A DNA stretch of 63,519 bases, filler included, from Octopus bimaculoides (taxonomy: Eukaryota): NCBI RefSeq assembly GCF_001194135.2. It is 6 parts of 5 records of this genome, joined end to end, with 100 filler letters (N's around TTAATTAATTAA, not from the genome) between each part and the next. Parts side by side here need not be neighbours in the genome. Positions count along the whole stretch, not along the records: positions 1 to 31,611 come from NC_068981.1; 5 more parts are not named here. The stretch is one strand, 5' to 3'. The notes under the pieces are model-generated. The model made no database searches. It was not told the DNA's origin and saw only the letters and a program-made list of their open reading frames with translations. The translations under genes and the position numbers were made by a program. Positions 13,135-24,357 of this stretch are shown piece by piece. How positions within the stretch are numbered: the stretch's first letter is position 1; the number at the start of each line of letters is the position of its first letter.

Positions 13135-14480
13135 TGTGTGTGTGTGCGTGTGTTTGTGTGTGTGTCTGTTTGTAATGGTATGTGTTTGTATGTATGTATA
13201 TGTTTCGCATCTCACTGTTCTACATTTATGATGAAACAAATACGATATCACGGTTCGCTATCTTGTGTTAAGAAGCGTATAAATCTAGTTTATCTTCTCT
13301 AAGATCGGTAATGTATCTTTTATAGTATATAGTAGAAGTAAACACATTGATGATAAAGATTTTCAAGAGAGACGTATTCGCCGTTAATTACTACATGAAT
13401 CTCGAAATTATAACACTGTGAATGGAAAATATTATTAATGTAATCCTGATACACGAAGACTCATAAATTCCGTTTGCTACTGCAGGTATTTAAAAAATGG
13501 TTCTTCCAATATCTGCAATAATTATAATTTGCAAGATGAGCCACTTAAAATGTCGATATTTTCAGAGAACCACTGAATCTGATCGTTGCCGAAATACCTA
13601 AGGATTTTCATAGAAAATGAATTGTCTTGTTGAGTAGTCTACGAACGCGTCACATTAACTTGAAAAGGAGCAAATCCAGGTTTTTGCGTTCTTCAGTTGA
13701 GAACCGAATATAAAATTCCTCCATCTAGTGTATATTTTTAATTTCATTGTGTTTCCTTAAAATATTGTTACAAGTGACAAAGAATAGGTACAACATAACA
13801 GACAATGGAAAAAGACTAAACGGGAAGCCAGTGCCAAGTCCACAACCACGTTGTCTTGCATGTGTTCTACTATGTATCAAGTAAAATATAAAGTCTAGAG
13901 TTGTCCATTATGAGGTGCTGAAACTAAGAAATACCATGAGTTCAGATGTTTATTGTCGGGAAATTTATAATTAGTTGAAACATTTTGTCAAAAGTGGATA
14001 GTAAACATTAAAGCGCGTATTTCCCAACATGATTTGCAAGAGTTAATTCTACAGATTAGGAATATGTAAAATCATTACAATCTTGCATTTTCCTTATACT
14101 CACCGGATTTAGTCACACCTCCAAGTAATTCCTTGTTTTGAATGCTAATGCATCTTATAGGTGAAAGAATATTCAGAAACAGAGACATTAGAAACCTGAC
14201 AAGACATCAGGTTTCTAATGCCTTCATTTTGCACTGAAAACAGCAGAATGTATTTTTACAGAAAGAGTTCAAAATTAACCCTGTTATAGGGCAGCATGGC
14301 ATTGATAATAATGATGGTTACAGTATTGATTAATAAATATTATTTAAGTTAACGTGAAACTTTGGTCTTTCTTTTGAAAATGTGTAATTATTTTTCGAAA
14401 CACTTTATATGTACCAGATTAAAATCTTAAGCGCGCAAACATGCGCGTTCACAAACGCACACGTAAGCAAACACACACAC

Positions 14481-14561
<81 letters not shown>

Positions 14562-14593
14562 CACACATATATATATATATATATTGAGTCACT

Positions 14594-14708
14594 CTTGAGT
14601 CACTCTGTTACTTCTGTTAAGTATTAAAAAAGTATGTACGTATACTCATTTTTGAGTTCTATTTTCCTTTTTGCACCCCTATATCTATATATGCATATAC
14701 ATACACAC

Positions 14709-14739
<31 letters not shown>

Positions 14740-14904
14740 CATGTGTGTGTTTATTTGTGTGTGTGTATGTGTATGTATGTATGTATGTATGCATGTATGT
14801 ATATGTATACATATATAGATATAGGGGTGCAAAAAGGAAAAATGTAACTGAAGAAATGAGTATACGTATATATTTTTTGATTACTTAACAGAACAGAGTG
14901 ACTC

Positions 14905-14907
<3 letters not shown>
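14594..14907. mobile_element. Fold-back/MITE-like element with ~95-bp inverted arms around a microsatellite
   Basis: 14594-14690 (GAGTCACTCTG...CGTATACTCATTT...TTTCCTTTTTGCACCCCTATATCTATATATG) is the near reverse complement of 14810-14907. Confidence 0.75.
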
Positions 14908-14955
<48 letters not shown>

Positions 14956-14975
14956 CCATTTATNNNNNNNNNNNN

Positions 14976-15023
<48 letters not shown>

Positions 15024-15205
15024 CCATTTATTTGTTTAAATCATGTATGTACACATTCTCACACTCGAATTCATACACACCCATACACAGACATATACAT
15101 AACAGGGACTCCGAATTTAAGTGTAGCTAAGCCATCATCGAAATGGTGATGGCCTACCAAGCCGAAATTTCAACGTCACGCTTAAGACTATACTTGTTAA
15201 AGAAA

Positions 15206-15207
15206 TG

Positions 15208-15299
<92 letters not shown>

Positions 15300-15316
15300 T
15301 GTTTGTGTGTGTGTGT
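15206..15316. repeat. (TG)n microsatellite
   Basis: Long TG run. Many similar TG/AC/AT tracts occur throughout and are not all listed. Confidence 0.95.
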
Positions 15317-16091
15317 TTATATATGTGCGTGTGTGTGCGTGCGAGTGTTAGCGTTCGTGTGTTTAAATTCGTGTATGTATTGTTTTACGGTGCACAGGAA
15401 ATAAAACATACGCCTCGCCACTAGCAAATACGTTCTTCTCATACAAGAATGAGCTTCGAAGTAATTGCAGTTTTTAACCCCTTCATAGAATATATTTTTA
15501 TTCATGAAACTGAGAGGAAGACAATGGCTATGAAAGACAGAAAGAGACACTAAAAGAAACAGTATAATAGAGAGACACAAGACGATGGTATAGAATTGTG
15601 GTGGGGGGAGAATTTTACTTAAATATTACGTAATGTGAATGTTTATATCCATAGAAATAGATAGAAAGAAAACACGTTAGTCTGAAATAAACAGATAAAG
15701 TAAGCCAGAAAATCGAGACCGCCTTAATCCAATTCCCAATCCCTTTTCTCATCAATGCGACAGGAAGGTTTTAGAGATTTTCCAAAGAATGACATAATGC
15801 ATCACCGTTGAAGAACGGTGGGAGTGCAGTATTGGTGCAGTTAGGCATTAAATGATTTCTCTCGTTAGAGTGAATCCAGTCTTAAATGCTAATCCTCGAA
15901 CGACTTGTCAATTTATTGTCAATTCAGCGCTTTACAATCGACTGACTGCTCTTCAGTTCCTTCCTAAGCAACACAGAAAATTAAAGTGGGAAAGACAGAG
16001 TTATGTCTTTGCAGCCAATAACGCAATATTAATTTATGCAACAAAGTAAGATCACGCATGCGTATAGTACTATTTGTCANNNNNNNNNNAT

Positions 16092-16124
<33 letters not shown>

Positions 16125-16364
16125 CACACATATACATATATATGATTTCATTACGTAGCAAATAATTCACCGGTTCTGTCAGTCCAGGAACCGGTCCACG
16201 TGAGTCCAAATACTTGAATGTATGCTGAGAGATTGTCATTGCCCGTTTGCCTTTCGACAGTCGATTTCTGTAGTAACCAGTGTATTTTGGCGATTTAAAT
16301 AAGACTTTTTACTGTTATTTCCAGCAGCTAGACATACCTACTATGTTCTATATATACAATCAAG

Positions 16365-16545
16365 CGTAGCTGTGTGGTAAGCGGTTTGCCTCTAATTCAC
16401 AACGTTCCTGGTTAAGCTCCACTGCCGCCTTGGGCGAGTTTCTTCTACTATAGCCACGAGCCGAACACACCGTCATATGCATATATGTGTGCGTGTTTCT
16501 CTGTATGTGTCTCTTCATGTCTATGTCTGTCCCCCACCGTCGCTG
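16365..16545 (+). mobile_element. SINE family B, 5' part
   Basis: GTAGCTGTGTGGTAAGCGGTTTGCC...CCTTGGGCGAGTTTCTTCTACTATAGCC...TGTCCCCCACCGTCGC. Confidence 0.7.
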
Positions 16546-16547
16546 AA

Positions 16548-17200
16548 CTAGTAGTCTTTGATTAAGTATTTTGATGTATTTTTCAGATCTTATGGTTCCA
16601 ACACATTCAATCAGCTCAGAACGACTATTGCTGGTGACAGTTCCCCATACCATTACAGAGATACCGCCATGTTTCACAGTTGGTTGGAGTCGTTTCAAAT
16701 CAAATTCTTGATTGGTAAGCCTCCAGACCCAAACACGTCTACTGTCTGAAAATAATGCAATTCTGGATTCATCTAAAAAAATCACTCTATCCCAAAATGA
16801 ACTGGATTTTCTGACATCTCTTTAGTCTATTTCTTTCTTGTCATGATATTAATTGATTGAAGGAGATGTTTTCTTCTACCCAAGCTTATGCATATATGTA
16901 ACACACGTCCTTGGACTAACTTCAAGCTGTTTTGTAATGTCAGAAGCCTTTGAACGGGATTCGTTTTCCACAATTCTCTTCAAACAGTGAAGCTTCCTAT
17001 CCGAGGCCCATGTCGGCCAGGACGAGAATCTGTTGATTCTTTTCCTTGGCTTTTGAATTGCACTATGATTCTATTAACAGTAGCAAGAGGAATTTGAAGA
17101 TTTTCGGCAATTTTTCACTGGCTAAGACCAGCGAAAACTACCCAACAATACGACCTCTTTGAAAATCTGACAATTCTGCTGATTTATATGTACGTGGCAT
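16548..17200 (-). mobile_element. Tc1-family transposase pseudogene, 3' truncated
   Basis: ATG at 17200: [41 protein letters not shown]...WDRVIFLDESRIALFSDSRRVWVWR...QPTVKHGGISVMVWG...KYIKIL. Contains the first catalytic D (DES) and the KHGG/VMVWG motif. Confidence 0.92.
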
Positions 17201-17361
17201 GGTTACTCTTCGCAAATATTTAATATAATGGCACCTGGAATAAAAAAAGAATAATTACATTGTAAATTCTACACCGCTGAAAACATATTAAGACGCTAAG
17301 ATCAGAAATCTTGAAAATTAAAGGTGTTTATTTACTTACTGCATATCTGTATATATATCTG

Positions 17362-17394
<33 letters not shown>

Positions 17395-17408
17395 CTGTGT
17401 CTGTGTCT

Positions 17409-17452
<44 letters not shown>

Positions 17453-17832
17453 ATATATTGAAGGGTACTACATGAGCACCTGCATCGCTAAAAATAGAAG
17501 TCAAAATACTTCTAAGCCTTGGAAGAACCATAAAATTAATAGAGGCATGATATGAAAAAATATGTGTATGTATGCCTGAGTGTGTATGTGTTATTTTACC
17601 TCAAAGCAATGCACAATACCAGGATTTTCGACTCCAGGTAGATTCAGCAAACTACTTCTAATTCTTGTTAGAGAAAAGTTACGTTTGGCTTGCATTAACT
17701 CATATAATTTGTAATAATGAAGTCAAACCGCATAACGATAAATCTTATAATGGTAACCGTGCATATTAGATCTTGCGTTATTATACTATGCATTCCACAT
17801 GTGTCAACAGATGGAAATAATTCTACATATGC

Positions 17833-17883
<51 letters not shown>

Positions 17884-18529
17884 AGTGTGTGTCTGTGTGT
17901 CTGTGTGTGCGTGTGTGTGTGTGTGTGTGGTCGCATTAGTAAAATCTGCAATTAAGTTAGGAGGGGAAGAAAATTGTGTATACAGTGGGCGACGGAAGGA
18001 AGAGAGATAGAGAAAGAAAGAAGAGAGAGGACAAATGTCAGAGAAGTAAGGCTATAAAGAGTTGAAGCGACAGGAGACAGAGAGAGATAGAGAGAAGGCG
18101 AGTACGTGAGAACCGACGAAAGAAAACAAACAGTTGTGTTCCTTGTGCTTAGAAATCAGGATAACAGTGATTTGACTGAAAAATGAGCCCCATCAGGTGG
18201 TGTAGCTGCTGCAACGAGTGTAGCTGCTGCAACGAGTGTTGCTGGCCATTCTGCGTGGCAACGCCGTCGCGGTCTTTACTGCGGGGCGTGACTGTGCAAA
18301 CCATTTATTCCATTATAAATGTGCCCCATCGCTCCCCTCCCTGTCCATCTTCTGTTGCTTTATCCCTCCCCTTTTAACTAGATAGGGAAGGAGGAGTAAC
18401 GTAATGAAGGAAATGAACCATATTCAGAGAATGTTTGGGAATGTTAGTAATGAATAGGGACTATAAATATTTCGCCTTGAAACTATTAGTGGTATCAAAA
18501 TCCCATGGACTAAATTTATACCAATATTA

Positions 18530-19310
18530 TTGGTCACCTTATTTGTAACCTCCTCATCGCTCTGGTCCACCTGGATGTCCGGGCCAAACCAGACACTCAG
18601 TAATTTCACTGGTCCATTTCTTCATCAACCTATTATGCTGTTCATTGGCATAGTCTTGTCTCTCCAGTTGCCGAGCCTACCGACTTGATCGGATTTATCT
18701 TAATTTCTGCAATCGCCTCGTATTCCTTTAAAATAGAATCGACTACTGAACTTCCGCTGTTTCTGTCACGTGAGCGTGATGTAATCTCCATATATCTACA
18801 CAGCACCGGGAAAGACGCGTTCTACTTCCTATGTATCACTCCTGTCTAAGGTGATTGTGAAGATGACAAATTTGTTACCCATGTCGCTGACTAGTTTGAA
18901 TTGTAGACACCCTAATATACCTTTTTCAGTTGACTTAATGAATACCCTCAGTACGATCTGGAAGACCTATCCTGTCTGACCCAAGTCGGCATTGGCACAT
19001 TTTGGAGATCCAGTCGGTACCTGTCAGACAGTTGGAAACGTCAGGCATGTGTTCGAGGTTTTAGCATCCCTTTCTATGTGTTATACCTACACAATCTCAT
19101 CGCGCGTTCAAAATGTTATTCCAATCGCCATTTAAAACTGAAGAGTGATATATTTCAAGGGAGGTTTCTAGACGTCTAAAAGAATTTGGCCGTCCAGCCT
19201 CGATGGATGCATAGACGGTCACTAATCTGAATGTACTGCTATTCCTGCCACTAGCATTTATTATCACCAACTTATCTGCCGATTGAAGGAACATCGTCTA
19301 CACCTCTAAA
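18530..19310 (-). mobile_element. L1-Tx1 ORF2 relic (APE endonuclease fused to RT C-terminus)
   Basis: FRLVTVYAS...FRRLETSL...LNGDWNNILNAR (APE), then a degenerate YWKLNASF, YGDYITL (YADD-like), KEYEAIA..KINPIKSVG and GPVKLLSVWFGPDIQV. Confidence 0.8.
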
Positions 19311-21143
19311 CTTAATACTTTCTGAAAAAGCACAGCTGCTCTACGGTCCGATCCTATCAGAGCACAAGATGAGTACGTCTTGTAGTCGTCAAACATTGGG
19401 CTGAGTGCGTACATTCGAGAAATTGTATCTACGTACCCAGACACGGTACATAGATACATCCCACTCTCAGTACCCCCATATTTATTGCAGAAGATATAAG
19501 AAGATTCTACGTTACTTCGAGTTACTTCGAGTCACTTCGAGAGAAGGATGGCCTGTGTTCTTTTGAAGTGGGTGTTCCTTGAAAGGTACTTCTAATAAAG
19601 TTTTATTTACCGATTTTCTGAAAATATCCACATTCACTGCCAAGTTGTTCAAGTGTGTGTTGTAAATTTGACTTGATGTTTCTGTTAGGACTCTTTCCTT
19701 GGGTGTTTCGGGGATGTTTTTTTTTTCAAATTCTTCCCTTTCTGTTTTATTTCGTCTTTGTGATGTTTTCCTATGTAATCTATTAACTCCTTGTAAAAGA
19801 GGGTGAAATACAATGAAGGTATACATAGTATACAAAATATGTGATAACATGAGTGATGAAGTAGTGAAATGTAAGGTATTCTCTTCCATCTCCCCTTCCC
19901 TTTTTATACATATATCTTCTTCCCAACGTAAGTGGCCAGATTTACAATCACCAGCATAAACGTGCACACATATAAGTAGAACTATTCTCACCAGTTGCTT
20001 CATATTTTGAAATGCATTCCCTGAAGAAGAGCTTGCATATGCAGATGCATTACCTAATATATATTACGCAAGCACTGAAACATACGTATTAAATGCTTTC
20101 AAAATATATTTAATATCGTTACTATCCACGTAGTTTGTATACACACAGAAACGCACGCAGACTGAACAATTCTCTGAGCCGTATGACTAATCCAATCAAT
20201 CTCAATATATAAATATTTAAAACAATGCAAAAATTCATAACTCAATGAAATATATACTTATATACATGGATGTATGTATATACACACATAGCTGTCTAGC
20301 TTGAATTTCCTGCTCTTATAGCCTCAGCAACTTCGAGATTTACGATTTTGTAATCGTCTGAAGTTAACTCTGTTAACATTTAGATGAGTTTATAAACCGT
20401 GCGGAGAAATAAATATAAATTAGCAGCGCCTGAAAAAATCTCAAGATTAGTTTTAAAACTCTATGGCTGGTGTAATTTTGTTGAGAACCAACCTGTTCTA
20501 TGGTCACAGACTCTTTAGTGCGCTGCAAATTTCTTCTGATTCGTATTAAATACGTTCTACTCACAGAATCATATACACGCACACACGCAGATATATTCAT
20601 GCACTTTTACCGCGACGTACGTGTATGAACGACACATATACTCGATTATTCAGCAAATTAAATTACCTAACCCATCAATAACTAATGTCTAGTGTATAAA
20701 ACACCTCTATCTACTGAAGTAGGTCAATAATATTTTGAAACGCAACTGGGTAGAAATGAAATTAGTACTCTAATGAACGTTTGGTAAAATTATCATGCCG
20801 ACGGTAAAACAACCTGTATTTACAGTAAAACTGCTGAAAAAATTATTTTCACCTTTTGTTTACACAGCAATTAAATAATTTGAGAATAAAATCTAAGAAA
20901 TCACAAGATCATTCTTCATCGTGCACTCGTGCATAGAAAAACTAACAGCTTTACTGGTCAAAGGGTGTAGAGCACCATCTGACCAAATAGTAACAGGTCA
21001 GGGGTCACCTCAACAACCCGTTAGCCAGCAATAAAGAGCACCTTATTTGGTTCACCATCTGACCTCATACCGCATTAAGTCGAAATTGACTATAACAGAC
21101 CAAAACATTACTATAGATAAGAATTCGCTTCAACAGCAAGTTG

Positions 21144-21169
21144 ACTACTACTACTACTACTACTACTAC

Positions 21170-21212
<43 letters not shown>
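21144..21212. repeat. (ACT)n(AGT)n palindromic microsatellite
   Basis: (ACT)9 directly abuts (AGT)14; centre at 21170/21171. Confidence 0.95.
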
Positions 21213-21214
<2 letters not shown>

Positions 21215-22778
21215 GAAAGGCCACTTCCACAACAAAAAGCTTAAAATCATGCCGATATCTTTCTCAAGGTATCTGTAAATTTGGAATTATCAGCAGCAAA
21301 ATACGGAAGCCGACTTTTCATATCCAAAACGGATATGTTCCATTTGGCTGCTACTGTGGAAAGTTTAGTGAAACTTTTTTATGATTGGTGTATCGATGTA
21401 ACTTCTCACGCTGAATCTCAGGAGATAATTTACTTTTTCCAGAATTTTAAGAAAAGTGATTTAAAGTTTGAACATTTTTTACTCACTCAGAAAACAGAAT
21501 ATTGAAGCTGTCATTTGGTGCGTGACAGCACGTGTTTTCAATTGTAAATAAATGAAATATGACGGAATTCTGGTTTACATGCGCTATATGCCCCCTCGTA
21601 ACTTTTTTACTTTTTGGAATCTACAGAAAATTTTTGTATTCTACACACGGAAATGCATACGTATATGCACCCCGACAAAAAAATAAAATTTTTATGCGTG
21701 ATTTCAAGCCTATTTATTTATTGTTAGGATATCTCGGTGGAAGTAAACGACATGGACCGCACCCTATTTCGGTTGATTTTGCTTTTGCTTTTTTTTTCGA
21801 ATCTGCAAAAAAAAAAAAAAAAATCGGCATTTGAAAATTTTAATCCCACCCCCAATTTTTTTACTTTTTTAGAAACATTTTGGGCGAAATGCGTAGAAAA
21901 ATATGGAGATTATGATTCTGAAAAAAAGAAAACAATTTTGTAANNNNNNNNNNNNNNNNNNNNNNNNNNNNNNNNNNNNNNNNNNNNNNNNNNNNNNNNN
22001 NNNNNNNNNNNNNNNNNNNNNNNNNNNNNNNNNNNNNNNNNNNNNNNNNNNNNNNNNNNNNNNNNNNNNNNNNNNNNNNNNNNNNNNNNNNNNNNNNNNN
22101 NNNNNNNNNNNNNNNNNNNNNNNNNNNNNNNNNNNNNNNNNNNNNNNNNNNNNNNNNNNNNNNNNNNNNNNNNNNNNNNNNNNNNNNNNNNNNNNNNNNN
22201 NNNNNNNNNNNNNNNNNNNNNNNNNNNNNNNNNNNNNNNNNNNNNNNNNNNNNNNNNNNNNNNNNNNNNNNNNNNNNNNNNNNNNNNNNNNNNNNNNNNN
22301 NNNNNNNNNNNNNNNNNNNNNNNNNNNNNNNNNNNNNNNNNNNNNNNNNNNNNNNNNNNNNNNNNNNNNNNNNNNNNNNNNNNNNNNNNNNNNNNNNNNN
22401 NNNNNNNNNNNNNNNNNNNNNNNNNNNNNNNNNNNNNNNNNNNNNNNNNNNNNNNNNNNNNNNNNNNNNNNNNNNNNNNNNNNNNNNNNNNNNNNNNNNN
22501 NNNNNNNNNNNNNNNNNNNNNNNNNNNNNNNNNNNNNNNNNNNNNNNNNNNNNNNNNNNNNNNNNNNNNNNNNNNNNNNNNNNNNNNNNNNNNNNNNNNN
22601 NNNNNNNNNNNNNNNNNNNNNNNNNNNNNNNNNNNNNNNNNNNNNNNNNNNNNNNNNNNNNNNNNNNNNNNNNNNNNNNNNNNNNNNNNNNNNNNNNNNN
22701 NNNNNNNNNNNNNNNNNNNNNNNNNNNNNNNNNNNNNNNNNNNNNNNNNNNNNNNNNNNNNNNNNNNNNNNNNNNNNN

Positions 22779-22811
<33 letters not shown>

Positions 22812-23640
22812 TACATATATATATATATGTGTTTATATATATCATGTATGAATTCACACATTTGTGTGCGTATGGTTATTGTAAAACAATTCCCTCTATA
22901 TGGCACTAACAACTAATAATGTACGTTAGCAATAAGTAAATAAATACTGAGGCATTGGAAGTAAATTACGTCAACAAAAGTGATAGTTTGTCGTGTGAGG
23001 TGATAATTTTTCTCGATGATTTCTGTGAATGATACAGAGATGATTTCCCACTAATTTAAGTCACTGTAAATTTAACTATATATCAATAATGAAGCATGTA
23101 ACAGTTGCAATTGTTTCCAGTATATCTATGCACATATACAATTATCCAACGCAGAAATTATCCCCTTCCATTTTACTACTAGACATAGCAAACAATTCAT
23201 ACTGAATTCACATTGGATAATAGAAGCATAGGTAGCTTTTCTGTGAATGCAAATAGACCTGTTCGGCGAATGACCTGGAATAAAGAACAATGAAAACAAC
23301 CACAGCAAATCGACGCGTACAAACTCCTGGAGAAATATTGGTCTATTCATAAATGATTCACAACAATCTCTAAGGGCCTAAGAAATACCGAATTTATAAT
23401 ATGTGTTCCTTTCCAGAATAAGAAACTCAGTTCTACTAACGACTAAGTATACGTTTTTTTAAATTCTGTACATTTTCATCACTTTATGTTATATAATAAA
23501 TCTGGTTTATCACACTTTGGCATGTAACCATACAAATATTAGTTACACCTCAGCAGATTCGTATTCAAATTGTACCAGTGTCGGTTGGTTTTATCAAACA
23601 AATACCTGTCAAGTACTGATACCGATTAAATCGACTACTG

Positions 23641-23710
23641 CCTGTGACTGAACCTGGAACTTTGTGGTTGGTAAGCAAGCTACTTAATTCACAGCCACTG
23701 CTGTGCCTAT
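23641..23710 (-). mobile_element. SINE family B head only
   Basis: Minus strand CAGTGGCTGTGAATTAAGTAGCTTGCTTACCAACCACAAAGTTCCAGGTTCAGTC. Confidence 0.8.
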
Positions 23711-23726
23711 AAAATATTTATTCTAC

Positions 23727-23788
23727 AGGAGACACCCGGGATCGTAGAGCATCTTCGGTCGAATGCTCTACGAGTGAGCTATATCCCC
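23727..23788 (-). pseudogene. Rearranged tRNA-like pseudogene (Cys-like acceptor and D-arm)
   Basis: Minus strand GGGGATATAGCTCACTCGTAGAGCATTCGACCGAAGATGCTCTACGATCCCGGGTGTCTCCT; the acceptor stem GGGGATA/TGTCTCC can pair. Confidence 0.6.
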
Positions 23789-23789
23789 A

Positions 23790-23980
23790 GCTGCGGAAGA
23801 GGGTTTTGAGAGAAAGTTGTGGTGAAAGAGTACAGCAGAGTTTGCCACCACCGCCTGCCGGAGCCTCGTGGAGCTTTAGGTGTGTTCGCTCAATAAACAC
23901 TCACGACGCCCGGTCTTGGAATCGAAACCGTGATCCTACGACCACGAATCCTCTGCCCTGACTATTGGGCCATTGCACCT

Positions 23981-23985
<5 letters not shown>
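23790..23985 (-). mobile_element. tRNA-derived SINE family D, 5' part
   Basis: Minus strand GGAGGTGCAATGGCCCAATAGTCAGGGCAG...GGTTTCGATTCCAAGACCGGGCG (A and B boxes), then a body ending CTCTTTCACCACAACTTTCTCTC. Confidence 0.8.
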
Positions 23986-24022
<37 letters not shown>

Positions 24023-24324
24023 ACACACACACACTCACACACTNNNNNNNNNNNNNNNNNNNNNNNNNNNNNNNNNNNNNNNNNNNNNNNNNNNNNNNNN
24101 NNNNNNNNNNNNNNNNNNNNNNNNNNNNNNNNNNNNNNNNNNNNNNNNNNNNNNNNNNNNNNNNNNNNNNNNNNNNNNNNNNNNNNNNNNNNNNNNNNNN
24201 NNNNNNNNNNNNNNNNNNNNNNNNNNNNNNNNNNNNNNNNNNNNNNNNNNNNNNNNNNNNNNNNNNNNNNNNNNNNNNNNNNNNNNNNNNNNNNNNNNNN
24301 NNNNNNNNNNNNNNNNNNNNNNNN

Positions 24325-24357
<33 letters not shown>

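Noticed and set aside
14909-15029. (GA)n-TTACCATTTAT repeated either side of a 12-N gap
   Set aside because: A typical contig-overlap assembly artefact.
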